Source: an uncultured Hormoscilla sp. (lineage in GTDB: Bacteria; Cyanobacteriota; Cyanobacteriia; Cyanobacteriales; Desertifilaceae). Taken from it: DNA of 64,000 nt. The translations under genes were made by a program, and so were the position numbers. Under the pieces are notes generated by a model, which saw only the letters and a program-made list of their open reading frames with translations, was not told the origin of the DNA and made no database searches. The first letter of the stretch is position 1. Each line of letters begins with the position of its first letter. Below are positions 42,672 through 54,211 of the stretch, piece by piece. The stretch is taken from contig OZ001293.3 in the NCBI GenBank assembly GCA_963921275.4, positions 3,488,001 to 3,552,000 of the forward strand, given 5' to 3'.

Positions 42672-44891
42672 TTAACCGAACTTCCCAGACGTCGAGGCAA
42701 TTAGGAATGCCGCGTAGGTGATCACGTTGCCCGCTGTGAAGTGAACCAGACCGACCAAGCGAGCTTGGACGATGGACAGAGCAACTGGCTTGTCCTTCCA
42801 GCGAACCAGGTTCGCCAGAGGAGTGCGCTCATGTGCCCAGACCAGAGTTTCGATCAATTCTTGCCAGTAACCGCGCCAGCTGATCAGGAACATGAAACTA
42901 GTAGCCCACACCAAGTGTCCCAACAGGAACATCCAGGCCCAGACAGACAGATTGTTCGTTCCATAGGGGTTGTACCCGTTAATCAGCTGAGAGGAATTCA
43001 GCCAGAGGTAATCGCGGAACCAGCCCATCAGGTAAGTAGAAGACTCATTGAACTGAGCCACATTACCTTGCCAGACAGCTAGATGCTTCCAGTGCCAGTA
43101 GAATGTTAACCAAGCTACCGTGTTTAGCATCCAGAACATAGCCAGGTAGAACGCATCCCAAGCAGAAATGTCGCAGGTGCCGCCCCGGCCAGGACCGTCA
43201 CAAGGGAAGCTGTAACCGAAGTCCTTCTTATCGGGCATCAGCTTGGAGCCACGAGCATCCAGCGCACCCTTGACCAAAATCAGGACAGTTGTGTGCAGAC
43301 CCAAGGCGATCGCGTGGTGAACCAGAAAATCGCCAGGGCCAATGGTTAAGAACAGAGAGTTAGCACCGCTGTTGATGGCGTCGAGCCAGCCTGGTAGCCA
43401 TATGCCATTGGCCGCTGAAGTCGCTATCCCGTCAGGATTAGACAACAGCACATCAAAGCCATACAGAGCTTTACCGGAAGCCGCTTGAATCCACTGAGCA
43501 AACACCGGCTCAATCAGGATTTGCTTCTCTGGAGTACCGAAAGCTACGACCACATCGTTGTGAACGTACAGACCGAGAGTGTGGAAGCCCAGGAACAAGG
43601 ACACCCAGCTCAAGTGAGAGATCAACGCCTCCTTGTGCTCTAGCATCCGGGCCAACACATTATTCTTGTTAGCTTCCGGATCGTAATCCCGCACAAAGAA
43701 GATCGCACCGTGAGCAAAGGCCCCCACCATAATGAAGCACGCAATGTACTGGTGGTGGGTGTACAGCGCTGCCATCGTGGTTTCGTCCTGAGCCAGGAAG
43801 GCGTAGGGCGGCAGCGCATACATATGCTGGGCTACCAAGGAGGTCACCACACCCAGGCAAGCTAGTGCTAGACCCAGCTGGAAGTGCAGGGAATTGTTGA
43901 TCGTGTCGTACAGCCCCTTGTGACCTTCACCCAACATACCGCCAAAGGGCGTGCCCTTGGGGGGATTGTGGGCGCTCAGGATCTCCTTGATGCTGTGACC
44001 AATACCCCAGTTGGTGCGGTACATGTGACCCGCCACGATGAAGATCACTGCGATCGCCAGGTGGTGATGGGCCATATCCGTCAGCCACAGGGACTCGGTC
44101 TGGGGATGGAAACCACCCATGAAGGTCAGAATCGCCGTACCTGCCCCTTCTGCTGTCCCGAACACATGCTGAGCCGTATCTGGGTTCTGGGCATATACTC
44201 CCCAGTTCCCCGTAAAGAACGGAGCCAATCCTGCTGGGTGCGGCATAGTAGTCAGGAAGTTATCCCAACCCACATGCTGTCCCCGAGATTCGGGAATCGC
44301 CACATGCACCAGGTGACCAGTCCAAGCCAGAGAACTGACCCCGAACAGACCCGCCAGGTGATGATTAAGACGAGACTCAGCATTCTTGAACCAAGACAAG
44401 CTGGGACGGAACTTCGGCTGCAAGTGCAGCCAGCCTGCGAACAGCATCACCGACGCCAGCACCAAGAGGAAGATTGCCCCTTGATATAAATCGCCGTTCG
44501 TCCGCATACCGATGGTGTACCACCAGTGGTATACACCTGAGTAACAAATATTTACCGGATTAGAAGCACCAGCTTGATTGAACGCATCTACTGCTGGTTG
44601 TCCAAATTGAGGGTCCCAAATCGCGTGGGCGATCGGACGTATATTTAGCGGATCTTGAATCCACTGTTCAAAGTTACCTTGCCAGGCTACATGGAACAGG
44701 TTGCCCGAGGTCCAGAGGAATATGATCGCCAGGTGACCGAAGTGGGAGGCAAAAATCTTTTGGTAAAGATTTTCCTCCGTCATGCCATCGTGGGTTTCAA
44801 AATCGTGAGCCGTCGCTATCCCGTACCAAATCCGACGAGTTGTCGGGTCCTGAGCGAGGTCTTGGCTAAACTTAGGAAATTTTGTTGCCAT
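42672..44891 (-). CDS. psaB: Photosystem I P700 apoprotein A2
   Basis: [10 protein letters not shown] start, [14 protein letters not shown] motif, [11 protein letters not shown]. Confidence 0.99.
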   Translation of the reverse strand: MATKFPKFSQDLAQDPTTRRIWYGIATAHDFETHDGMTEENLYQKIFASHFGHLAIIFLWTSGNLFHVAWQGNFEQWIQDPLNIRPIAHAIWDPQFGQPAVDAFNQAGASNPVNICYSGVYHWWYTIGMRTNGDLYQGAIFLLVLASVMLFAGWLHLQPKFRPSLSWFKNAESRLNHHLAGLFGVSSLAWTGHLVHVAIPESRGQHVGWDNFLTTMPHPAGLAPFFTGNWGVYAQNPDTAQHVFGTAEGAGTAILTFMGGFHPQTESLWLTDMAHHHLAIAVIFIVAGHMYRTNWGIGHSIKEILSAHNPPKGTPFGGMLGEGHKGLYDTINNSLHFQLGLALACLGVVTSLVAQHMYALPPYAFLAQDETTMAALYTHHQYIACFIMVGAFAHGAIFFVRDYDPEANKNNVLARMLEHKEALISHLSWVSLFLGFHTLGLYVHNDVVVAFGTPEKQILIEPVFAQWIQAASGKALYGFDVLLSNPDGIATSAANGIWLPGWLDAINSGANSLFLTIGPGDFLVHHAIALGLHTTVLILVKGALDARGSKLMPDKKDFGYSFPCDGPGRGGTCDISAWDAFYLAMFWMLNTVAWLTFYWHWKHLAVWQGNVAQFNESSTYLMGWFRDYLWLNSSQLINGYNPYGTNNLSVWAWMFLLGHLVWATSFMFLISWRGYWQELIETLVWAHERTPLANLVRWKDKPVALSIVQARLVGLVHFTAGNVITYAAFLIASTSGKFG

Positions 44892-44910
44892 GTTTAAGTC
44901 CTTCTCGCTC

Positions 44911-47160
44911 TCATCCTACAGAAATGATTCGAGCCAGGAAGAATGCCCATGTTGTGACAATTCCTCCCAGGAGGTAGTGAGCTACCCCCACAGCCCGACC
45001 CTGAGTGATACTCAATGCTCGGGGCTGAATCGCTGGAGCTACCTTTAGTTTATTATGAGCCCAAACAATCGACTCAATCAATTCTTGCCAGTAGCCACGG
45101 CCACTGAACAGGAACATCAGGCTAAAGGCAAAAACAAAGTGACCCGCTAGGAACATGATGCCGTAAGCCGACAACGCTGAACCGTAAGAATTGATCACCT
45201 GGGACGCCTGAGCCCACAGGAAGTCGCGCAACCAGCCGTTGATCGTGATGGCACTTTCAGCAAAGTTGCCATCGGTAATGTGATACACCGTACCATCTGG
45301 ATCCAACGTACCCCACACATCTGACTGCATTTTCCAGCTGAAGTGGAAAATCACCACTGAGATACAGTTGTACATCCAGAACAGACCTAGAAACACGTGG
45401 TCCCAAGCCGACACTTGGCAGGTGCCGCCACGTCCCGGACCATCACAGGGGAACCGGAAGCCCAGGTTTGCCTTATCGGGAACCAAGCGAGAACTGCGGG
45501 CGTATAGCACACCCTTGAGCAGAATCAACACTGTCACATGAATCGTGAAGGCATGGATATGGTGAACCATGAAGTCTGCCGTACCCAGAGCTATTGGCAT
45601 CATTGCCACCTTGCCCCCTACAGCCACCACATCACCGCCAAAAGCTGGGCTTACGCTTGCTAGAGCATGGGGGGCTGTGGTGCCCGGAGCCAAATTGTGC
45701 AGATTTTGTACCCATTGGGCAAATATCGGCTGTAGCTGAATTGCCGTATCCGAGAACATATCTTGGGTACGACCCAGCGCCCGCATCGTGTCATTGTGGA
45801 CATATAGACCAAAGCTATGGAAGCCCAACCATATGCAGACCCAGTTCAGGTGCGAGATGATCGCATCCCTGTGCCTGATCGCCCGATCTAGTAGGTTGTT
45901 CACATTTTTAGCTGGATCGTAATCGCGCACCATGAATATGGCAGCATGTGCCCCAGCACCCACAATCAGGAATCCCCCAATCCACATGTGATGAGTGAAC
46001 AGCGATAGCTGAGTCGGATAGTCTGTAGCGATGTAGGGATAGGGAGGCATCGCGTACATGTGATGGGCCACTATAATGCTCAGAGAACCCATCATTGCCA
46101 AGTTAACCGCCAACTGAGCATGCCAAGATGTTGTGAGGATTTCGTACAGACCCTTATGACCTTCACCTGTGAACGGTCCTTTGTGAGCCTCCAGAATTTC
46201 CTTCATGCTGTGGCCAATGCCCCAGTTTGTCCGGTACATGTGGCCTGCTATGATGAACAGCACCGCCAATGCCAGGTGATGGTGCGCTGTATCCGACAAC
46301 CACAGGCCACCTGTAGTGGGGTTCAACCCACCCTTGAATGTTAGGAAGTCTGAGTACACTCCCCAGTTCAAGGTAAAGAATGGGGCTATGCCCTTGGCAA
46401 AACTCGGATACAAATCTGCCATCAAGCTGGAGTTGGTCAGGAACTCATGAGGCAGCGGAATATCTTTTGGTGCCACCCCAGCATCCAGCATCTTGTTTAT
46501 TGGCAGAGAAACATGTATCTGGTGACCTGCCCAGGACAAACAACCCAGACCCAATAATACTGACAAGTGGTGGTTCATCATCGACTCCGCATTCTGGAAC
46601 CATTCCAGTTTGGGAGCTGCTTTGTGATAGTGGAACCAACCAGCAAACAGCATCAGACCAGCCATCACTAGAGCACCTATTGCTGTGGCCAGTAGCTGGG
46701 TCGAATTTATGAAGCCTGAAGCACGCCACAACTGGAATAGGCCAGATGTAATCTGAATGCCTTGGAAGCCACCGCCTACATCAGCATTCAAAATACCTTG
46801 ACCTACCACTGGCCATACCACTTGAGCACTGGGCTTGATGCCAGTGGGGTCGGTCAACCATGCTTCGTAATTGGAAAACTTAGCGCCATGGAAATAAGCG
46901 CCACTTAGCCAGACAAAAACCACGGCTAGGTGACCGAAGTGAGCGCTAAATATTTTGCGAGATACATCTTCTAAGTCACTGGTGTGACTGTCAAAATCGT
47001 GAGCGTCGGCATGTAGGTTCCAAATCCAGGTTGTGGTTTTGGGACCCCGAGCTAAGCTGCGGTCAAAGTGTCCTGGTTTTCCCCACTTCTCGAATGAAGT
47101 TGGCACCGGATCCTTATCAACTGCAACCTTTGCCTCTTGCCCTTTTGGGGTTGTCGTCAT
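44911..47160 (-). CDS. psaA: Photosystem I P700 apoprotein A1
   Basis: ATG 47160 after [40 protein letters not shown]. Confidence 0.99.
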   Translation of the reverse strand: MTTTPKGQEAKVAVDKDPVPTSFEKWGKPGHFDRSLARGPKTTTWIWNLHADAHDFDSHTSDLEDVSRKIFSAHFGHLAVVFVWLSGAYFHGAKFSNYEAWLTDPTGIKPSAQVVWPVVGQGILNADVGGGFQGIQITSGLFQLWRASGFINSTQLLATAIGALVMAGLMLFAGWFHYHKAAPKLEWFQNAESMMNHHLSVLLGLGCLSWAGHQIHVSLPINKMLDAGVAPKDIPLPHEFLTNSSLMADLYPSFAKGIAPFFTLNWGVYSDFLTFKGGLNPTTGGLWLSDTAHHHLALAVLFIIAGHMYRTNWGIGHSMKEILEAHKGPFTGEGHKGLYEILTTSWHAQLAVNLAMMGSLSIIVAHHMYAMPPYPYIATDYPTQLSLFTHHMWIGGFLIVGAGAHAAIFMVRDYDPAKNVNNLLDRAIRHRDAIISHLNWVCIWLGFHSFGLYVHNDTMRALGRTQDMFSDTAIQLQPIFAQWVQNLHNLAPGTTAPHALASVSPAFGGDVVAVGGKVAMMPIALGTADFMVHHIHAFTIHVTVLILLKGVLYARSSRLVPDKANLGFRFPCDGPGRGGTCQVSAWDHVFLGLFWMYNCISVVIFHFSWKMQSDVWGTLDPDGTVYHITDGNFAESAITINGWLRDFLWAQASQVINSYGSALSAYGIMFLAGHFVFAFSLMFLFSGRGYWQELIESIVWAHNKLKVAPAIQPRALSITQGRAVGVAHYLLGGIVTTWAFFLARIISVG

Positions 47161-47774
47161 TGAGACTCTCCTCTCGTTCGACAAGCTTCGACAAGCAACG
47201 TTTTTTGAGAAAGCACGAGAACTTCTAATTCCCTCGGTTATTTACTGATGTTATCACTGCATCAGCTCTCAAGTAGCTTTTCCTGCTTTTCTTTTTCCCG
47301 AAGTGTCTCCTGGGAGCGCGGTTGAGCACTACCCAGGAGACACCGCCCAGACATTTTTTCTTACGCCTGAGGTGCTGGAGTCCCACCTACAGATGGGAGT
47401 GCATTGCTTGCTTCCCACCACATATCTGTTGACTCCGAAAGCCAGGTTCACCACCAGAGGGCTGTTAGCGGACCTAGCATGAACCGTCAAATCATGCTAT
47501 CAAACTTTGCCAAAAATATCAAAAATTTCCCAAAATTCCAGGGAATCTCAGAAAATGTCAAGGTTTTTGACCTCTGTCGTTAGCCCTTGCTACACCAACT
47601 CGCATCTGGTGTGGATGAGTCAGTCATGGTAACGCTTTGGTTGTCTGGTTGGTATGATTTTCCCCAGGCTGTCCGCCAGCTTACCGCTAACTCTCTCATC
47701 TTGTTTTTCGGTGCTTGTGAAGCATACTACCATATCGGCAAAGTTCCTTTGCAATCTCTTTCCACTTCTTTTTT

Positions 47775-47784
47775 ATTATACACA
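47775..47784 (-). promoter_or_regulatory. Candidate extended -10 (TGnTATAAT) for psaA
   Basis: Reverse complement reads TGTGTATAAT, facing psaA. Confidence 0.4.
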
Positions 47785-47842
47785 ATATAGATATATGTCT
47801 ATCGCATATTTCCCAGCTGCCGCAGAGGCTATAGGCTATACC

Positions 47843-47999
47843 ATAAAGCCCGACATCAAGGTACTGCACTGTGTTAAGAAATGTAAACTATCTTCAATAG
47901 GCACAGCTGCGCTGTGTTAAGAAATGTAAACAATAAAGCCCGACATTAAGGTACTGCACTGTGTTAAGAAATGTAAACTATCCTCAATAGGCACAGCTG
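47843..47999 (-). promoter_or_regulatory. Tandem duplication carrying three HLR1-like (RpaB) motifs upstream of psaA
   Basis: CTGTGTTAAGAAATGTAAAC x3; reverse complement TTTACATT-TC-TTAACACA. Confidence 0.6.
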
Positions 48000-48059
48000 A
48001 TAGGGTTTGAGGAAACTTTACAAAAGTTCATAGTGGTGACAAAAACTTCCATCTAACTA

Positions 48060-48988
48060 GGGCGTGTCATCAATTAAGCCATATTACAGCTGCCGCGAGG
48101 TAGATGGCACCCAAGAAATTGCGAGCGGTTTTATCGTAGCGTGTCGCCAGAGCCCTGTATTGCTTGAGTTTTTGGAATAGATATTCAATTAGATGCCGCC
48201 ACTTGTACATTTCTTCATCGTCTTCTCTGTGTTCTGTGCGGTTACTTTTTGGAGGAATGACAGCCATCCAATCCGCCTCTTTCAGGCGCTCGAGCACACG
48301 TTGTTCCGCATCATAGGCTTTATCTGCAAGCAGCGCGCCAATCTCACCGATTTTATCCAATAGCACGTCAGCGCCTTTCCCGTCGTGGGCTTGGCCAGGG
48401 GTAAGCCTTTCCCGTCGTGGGCTTGGCCAGGGGTAAGATGAAATCCTGTGGGATTGCCTTGGGCAATCGCAAGTGGCATGAATCTTTGTCGATAGTCCCC
48501 CTTTACTACGGCCTATGGCTTGGGTTTCGCACGTATCTGAGGGTGTTTTTTTTTGCACCCGCACGCTCGTTGATGGGCACGCAGGATGGTGGCATCAATC
48601 GCGGCGTATTCGTTATCGGCGTCTGAGGCCAAGACATCGAATACCTGCTTCCAAACTCCCTTTTCAGACCAACGGGTATGGCGGGTATGAACAACCCGAA
48701 AATCCCCAAAACACTCCGGTAAATCCTGCCAGGGAATGCCAGCACGATATCGATATAACACGGCAGAACACGAATAATCTCTTGTTCTTGGCTGTAGCGC
48801 CTGGGTCACCCTCTTTACCAGGTAAAAGGTGTTCGATCGCGTAGCGTGCGCGCAGCGCAATCCGTTCCCACTGGTCGTCTCGCAAACCATAGCGTCTCAT
48901 ATCATGCCCTCTTGATTGTTATTGCTGGATAAGGACTCCATACCGTATCCATCTACTTCTGTCAAGCAATTTGATTGATGACACACCC
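48060..48988 (-). mobile_element. IS5-family element copy 2, with internal 32-nt duplication
   Basis: Same IRs and TA flanks as 12276-13171; GCCTTTCCCGTCGTGGGCTTGGCCAGGGGTAA repeated in tandem. Confidence 0.92.
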
Positions 48989-49560
48989 TAATTAGTGACT
49001 GGGGTTCTAAGTCAGTAGTTATGCTTTGAAAGGGATCGACTTGAGAAGAATGGAGAAGAACGTGTCATGGCGAGGGGGGCCCTTCCAGTATCACTTGACA
49101 TAGCGTGATCTAAAATATTATCACGCTGGTCAAGTGATACTGCCCCGAGATTGCCTCAACTCCACGCCAGACTCCCCCGTTAGCCCCAGCGCGTTAGATA
49201 GGAGATTGCTTCGCTAGCGCTGCACTAACGGGGGGGAGTATCTCATTGAGCACAAATATCTCTCAATTATCCCCCCCTCGCAATAACATTCTTTACGGCC
49301 CCAAAAAAGCGCAGTTCCTGACCGTTCGCAGTATAGCAGTCAGTAGTCAGTAGACGGTCTGCCCGAAATGACCACAGATAAAGGGTTTAAGCTAGTTTAA
49401 CAAAAATTAACACAGTGACCAAAACTTGTGGGAGACGACTTAATCGGAAAATCAAGTCAGTACATGATATGAAGAAAAAAGTCAAGAGAGTGAAGTAATG
49501 GTTCTCTGAAGCTCCCTTACCTGGGAAAATTATTCTTAGGCTATGGTTTGTAAGTAGGTA

Positions 49561-51423
49561 TTGGAGTATAAAGGAGTGTTTGGCATAAATTGGCGGTGGA
49601 CTAGGGTACTCAAATTGTTTAGGTCCCTGATGGTAGTGATTCTAGTTTTGGGGGTGACCAGTTGTGGCGATCGCCCAGAACCCCCCCCTAGTTATAGTGG
49701 TAGGTATCCTGTCTGGCAGACCCAGCCAACAAACATTGAGGAGGTTGGGACTCCTCGGGTGATTCAAGATCTGCGGCAGCTATTGGAGGTTTACCAGCCC
49801 CAGGTAACTATTTTGAGTCCCCAGCCAGATGAACTATTCAACGACAGCACCGTTACCGTTGATATAGCAGTGGAGGATCTGCCGTTGTTCAAAGATCCGC
49901 AGCTGGGACTGGGGCCCCATCTGGAAGTCATCCTTGATAACCAGCCCTATACAAAAATTTACGATCTTAAAGTTCCCTTAGTTTTGACAGATTTACCTCC
50001 GGGAACCCACAGCCTGCGGGTTTTTGCGGACCGGCCCTGGGACGAGAGCTTCAAAAATGAGGGAGCCTACGCTCAAACTACCTTTCACATCTTTACTAAA
50101 ACAGAGGACAACAACCCCGATCGGGCATTGCCTCTGTTAACTTACAACAGTCCAGATGGCAGCTATGGATCGGAACCTATTCTGCTGGACTTCTATCTGA
50201 GTGATGCCCCTCTACATCTGGTAGCTCAGGAATATCCAGACGACGATATCCTAGATTGGCGGATTCGCTGCACTATCAACGGCGAAAGCTTCTATCTAGA
50301 CCAGTGGCAGCCTATCTATCTCAAAGGCTTTAAGCCTGGAAAAAACTGGGTGCAATTAGAATTTATTGATGAACTGGGTAGGGCCGTTAAGAACGAGTTC
50401 AACAATACAGTGAGACTGATTACCTACGAACCCAATGGCCAAGACACCCAATCTCGGTTGCTACGGGGAGAACTGGCAGCAGCAGCCCAAGCTATTGTAG
50501 ACCCTAACTATACTCCCTCCTCTACCCCGGAAGAAGCACCAGCTCCACCCGAAGTCCTGATTTCCGAACCAGAAACGATATCAGAGACGGAAGCGATTGC
50601 AGTCCCAGAGGCTCAACCTTCTGAGGCTGCCCAACTAGAAACTACCTCCCCAGAGCTGTCGATAGAGGCCCCAGCTACAGAATCAGAATCCCAGAATATC
50701 TCTGAAGAAACTACCACCCCTACTGAGGCGACACCATTAGTCGAGCCAGAATCTGCACCTGAACTGGTATTAGAAACGCTGAAATCTGGGGGATTGTTTG
50801 AAGGATTGTTGAGCCGCTTCCGGCGGACAGCACCGTCGGAACTTTCTCCCGCCCCGACTATCTCCGATGATGCATCCCCAGAGGTGATTTCACCATCAGC
50901 CTCAGAACCGGCATCTGAAGTAACACCGACATCAGAAACACCGAAATCTGGCGGATTTTTACAAGGATTGTTGAGCCGCTTTCGGCGGACAACACCATCG
51001 GAACTTTCTCCCGCCCCGACTATCTCCGATGATGCATCCCCAGAAGTGATTTCACCATCGTCGGTTGAAGAACAGACAACTGCTTCCGAAGAGAGACTGG
51101 CCACAGAAGAACGGACAACTGCTTCCGAAAAGACGCCCACTACAGAGGTGACACCATCAGTGGATTCTGAGCAGGCACCAGTTCTAGAGCCGACTTGGCA
51201 GGAGGCCGAAACGCTCGCACCGCCTGCTTCTAAGACGCCCGCCACGGAAGTCAAACCATCGGTGGATTCTGAGCAGGCGCCAGTTAATGAACCGTTTCCG
51301 ACAGCAACTGATGCACCTGCCATAGAGATGACACCATCAGTTGAGCTTGAGCAGACACCGGTTCGAGAGCAGATATCCTCTGAGTCTGAAACAAATGCCA
51401 CAGAAGTAAAAGCTTTGCCTTAG
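49561..51423 (+). CDS. Hypothetical lipoprotein with acidic Pro/Ser/Thr-rich repetitive C-terminus
   Basis: Lipobox-like GVTSC; PHLEVILDNQPY, PGTHSLRVFA.RPW.ESFKN; duplicated KSGG..GLLSRFRRT.PSELSPAP block; start codon uncertain. Confidence 0.75.
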   Translation: MEYKGVFGINWRWTRVLKLFRSLMVVILVLGVTSCGDRPEPPPSYSGRYPVWQTQPTNIEEVGTPRVIQDLRQLLEVYQPQVTILSPQPDELFNDSTVTVDIAVEDLPLFKDPQLGLGPHLEVILDNQPYTKIYDLKVPLVLTDLPPGTHSLRVFADRPWDESFKNEGAYAQTTFHIFTKTEDNNPDRALPLLTYNSPDGSYGSEPILLDFYLSDAPLHLVAQEYPDDDILDWRIRCTINGESFYLDQWQPIYLKGFKPGKNWVQLEFIDELGRAVKNEFNNTVRLITYEPNGQDTQSRLLRGELAAAAQAIVDPNYTPSSTPEEAPAPPEVLISEPETISETEAIAVPEAQPSEAAQLETTSPELSIEAPATESESQNISEETTTPTEATPLVEPESAPELVLETLKSGGLFEGLLSRFRRTAPSELSPAPTISDDASPEVISPSASEPASEVTPTSETPKSGGFLQGLLSRFRRTTPSELSPAPTISDDASPEVISPSSVEEQTTASEERLATEERTTASEKTPTTEVTPSVDSEQAPVLEPTWQEAETLAPPASKTPATEVKPSVDSEQAPVNEPFPTATDAPAIEMTPSVELEQTPVREQISSESETNATEVKALP

Positions 51424-51679
51424 AAGCTGTTGTCAAAAGCTTATAGTGCAGCATGGCGAAAATTTTTGACTACTCTGCCGCAGGCGCGGTGGGAGATATA
51501 GAACTGATTTCAAGCGCTGGTAACTGATCGCCGATCGCTGAGCGCTGACACTAGGTGGGTTACGGCGCCCAAAAAGCTAATCATCATCCAATAGGTCGAT
51601 AATTCTGCGCCTAACCCACCCTACTATATACTTTTCAAACCTTGGCTTGATTTATTGTTTATTGTTCATTATTCATACT

Positions 51680-52408
51680 TTATATTTCTAAACTACTCAG
51701 CACCTGTAGCAGTTTGTCTACATTATCCAAATCACCTACAATTCGGCGTATTGGTCGGGGCCATACTTTGACTAGGGTAGGTGTGGCTGAAACCTGATCT
51801 GCCTCTGCTTGCTCGGGATATTTGATAACATCGATCACTTTTAGGGTGTAAGGATGTCTCAGAGACTGCTCTAAAATTTCGTGTAAACTCAAGAGTGTAC
51901 GCTCGGTGGCAACATTGTTACCAGAAACAAACAGCCGCATTACATATCCTGGCGTTTCTGGTCTCGTCGGCATGTCAGAAGTAGTCTTTTCCCAGTGAGT
52001 ACCTGTCTTTTCCCAATGCACTATTAAGTCATGCTCTTCCCAGAGTTGGGGAAACAGAGTCCGATAGGTTGCCAATACTCTCGGATCGCACAACCCCTCT
52101 TGCCAAGATGCTGCTTGCCACTCTATATTACCTGTGTGAAAAACTGCATTCAGCAATGCTTGATACCGCAAAACTGGCGGATATGCTTCCGCAACAGATC
52201 TCACTTGCTGCGTTTGGGGGTCTAACCATCGATCGATCGTTGCTGTGTATCCTGGCACCAAAAAGTGGGGGGGTTCTGGCAAACCTAGCATTTCTTGCAG
52301 TGCGGCACAGAGATCTAAATGCCATCGACTTTGCTTGTTTTTGTCGATGCAATAAATTAAATCCCCCCCTGGTGTAAATAGGGCAATTCCCTTGAAGATT
52401 TCTGCCAA
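51680..52408 (-). CDS. KaiB-domain protein (long, N-terminally extended type)
   Basis: FKGIALFTPGGDLIYCID N-terminal domain; C-terminal YVMRLFVSG...LKVIDV...PEQAE...ATPTLVK..P.P.RRIVGDL. Confidence 0.88.
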   Translation of the reverse strand: MAEIFKGIALFTPGGDLIYCIDKNKQSRWHLDLCAALQEMLGLPEPPHFLVPGYTATIDRWLDPQTQQVRSVAEAYPPVLRYQALLNAVFHTGNIEWQAASWQEGLCDPRVLATYRTLFPQLWEEHDLIVHWEKTGTHWEKTTSDMPTRPETPGYVMRLFVSGNNVATERTLLSLHEILEQSLRHPYTLKVIDVIKYPEQAEADQVSATPTLVKVWPRPIRRIVGDLDNVDKLLQVLSSLEI

Positions 52409-52544
52409 TTTTGGTTGGTGCCTTTCTACTGTTAATTGCTAATTATTGATGGTTAATTGAGAATTGAGAATTGCCCAGACCTCATTCGCCATTTTCTATT
52501 TTCTATTAGCCATTAGCCATTCTCTAGATCCGACCTCTGATGAA

Positions 52545-53879
52545 CTACGCCATTTCATTGGGAGTTGGGGATTTTTCTAGAGCTGTTTCTTCGGTAATCC
52601 GACCTTCAAGATAAAGGTTGTACAATGCTTTGTTCATGGTTATCATGCCGTCAAAGTCCGATCGCAGCATGATTTGAGTAATTTCCTCTAACTGACCCTT
52701 GACAACGTATTCTTTAACTGCGTCAGTGGCGATCAGGATGTCGTGGAAGGCTGCACGCTTGCCGTCTGTGGTCTTGCACAAACCTTGAGCTACGATCGCC
52801 ACCAAAGATTCCGATAGAGCAACTCGGAAAGCTAGCTGTTCTTCTGGTTTGAACATCCTCATAACTCGCTCGATAGTTTTTACAGCGCCATTGGTGTGCA
52901 GAGTTCCCATCACCAAGTGACCAGTAGAAGCAGCTTTCAGAGCGATATTCATCGTCACTTGGTCTCGAATTTCCCCGACTAGCATCAGATCCGAATCTTC
53001 CCGCAAAGCCGCCTTGAAAGCATTCTTAAATTCTAGAGTATGCCTACCGACCTCCCGGTGCTTGATCAGGGATTTTTGACTCCTATGGACAAACTCCACC
53101 GGATCCTCAATAGTAATAATGTGATAAGCCATATTCCGATTAATGTAATCAATCATCGCCGCCATCGTGGTGGACTTACCCGAACCAGTTGGTCCCGTGA
53201 CCAAGATCAGTCCTTTGTGGTAATGGCAGATGTTTTTGAAGACATCTGGAGCCTTGAGCTGTTCTAGGGAGAGGATCTTGGATGGAATGAGTCGCAACAC
53301 CATCGCTGGACCGGCGAGGGAGTCGAACACGTTGATCCGAATGCGTACAAAGCCAAAGTCATAGGCACCGTCAAAGTCTAGGTGGTTCTGAAATTGGCGG
53401 ATTTCCTCGTCGGTCATGCATTCGTGCATCCAGCTGATGAAGGTATTTAGGTCTGTGACTGGACACTCTAGGGTGGTGATGTCACCACGTTTGCGGTAGC
53501 GGGGTGTTTCATTGACTCCCAGGTGAATGTCAGAGACTCCCTCGTCATTCGCTCTGCTGACTAGCTCTTCTAGAGTGGGGTTTCCCTCGGAGGGGCTTGG
53601 ACCTTTAGGGGCTGCTGGTGCGACAGGTTGCGCCCCTGGTTGTGCTGCTTTTGTTTTTGGTGGTGGACTTGGGGGTGCTTTTGTCTGAGCAGCACCTGAT
53701 GCTGCTGGCATTGGCATCGTTTTTGGTTGCCGCGAAGGCATTTGCATAGTTTGATCTGCAATATTTTTCGTATTGGGGTTGGCCCGCGCTTTGGGTGGGG
53801 CGGTGCGGGGAGGTACGCGGGGTGGAGCTGGTGAATCTGGCGGACGAAAAGTTGGTGGGCGTTGTTGTGATTGTGTCAT
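52545..53879 (-). CDS. pilT: PilT/PilU-family type IV pilus retraction ATPase (PilT2-like, Pro-rich N-terminus)
   Basis: SDIHL, GPTGSGKST, TIEDPVE, ALRED.D..LVGEIRD, TGHLV.GTLHT; stop may be 7 codons early. Confidence 0.9.
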   Translation of the reverse strand: MTQSQQRPPTFRPPDSPAPPRVPPRTAPPKARANPNTKNIADQTMQMPSRQPKTMPMPAASGAAQTKAPPSPPPKTKAAQPGAQPVAPAAPKGPSPSEGNPTLEELVSRANDEGVSDIHLGVNETPRYRKRGDITTLECPVTDLNTFISWMHECMTDEEIRQFQNHLDFDGAYDFGFVRIRINVFDSLAGPAMVLRLIPSKILSLEQLKAPDVFKNICHYHKGLILVTGPTGSGKSTTMAAMIDYINRNMAYHIITIEDPVEFVHRSQKSLIKHREVGRHTLEFKNAFKAALREDSDLMLVGEIRDQVTMNIALKAASTGHLVMGTLHTNGAVKTIERVMRMFKPEEQLAFRVALSESLVAIVAQGLCKTTDGKRAAFHDILIATDAVKEYVVKGQLEEITQIMLRSDFDGMITMNKALYNLYLEGRITEETALEKSPTPNEMA

Positions 53880-54211
53880 GGCAACTGTTGAATAATAATG
53901 AGCAATCTATGTCTCCTATGCATCTGCGGCTAAAGCATCAGCCAAGTAGCAAGCGTGAAATCGGGTATAAGAGTGCCGCTATCTTACAGAGATCGATACT
54001 TTGACTAGAGTTACCCGGTTTCGGTGCCGACTATCGCTCCCAGTTTAGATCTCTTTGCCAAGGCTAGCATAGCTCTGGGCTACCCTTGCCGGTATATTTT
54101 AGGATTCCCAAATATGGTTGCGATCGATCGGTTTTGGGCAAAATTTGCTTGCGGTGCTAGCCGCATGACTTAGGATGAATCTATGTTTCCCACTTTGGAC
54201 TGTTCAATTCC

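Noticed and set aside
41632..47160. Far-red light (FaRLiP) PSI cluster
   Set aside because: psaLI is convergent rather than co-transcribed, and no rfpABC, chlF or far-red apc genes lie in the window
47843..47999. Possible mini CRISPR array (three 20-nt repeats)
   Set aside because: The intervening sequences are themselves duplicated; a tandem duplication of promoter DNA explains it
50613..51401. 262-aa antisense ORF (and similar shadow ORFs over psaAB, recN, cyaB)
   Set aside because: Shadow frames of real genes arising from codon bias and low complexity
51680..52408. Core clock gene kaiB
   Set aside because: Long N-terminally extended form with no kaiA or kaiC neighbours
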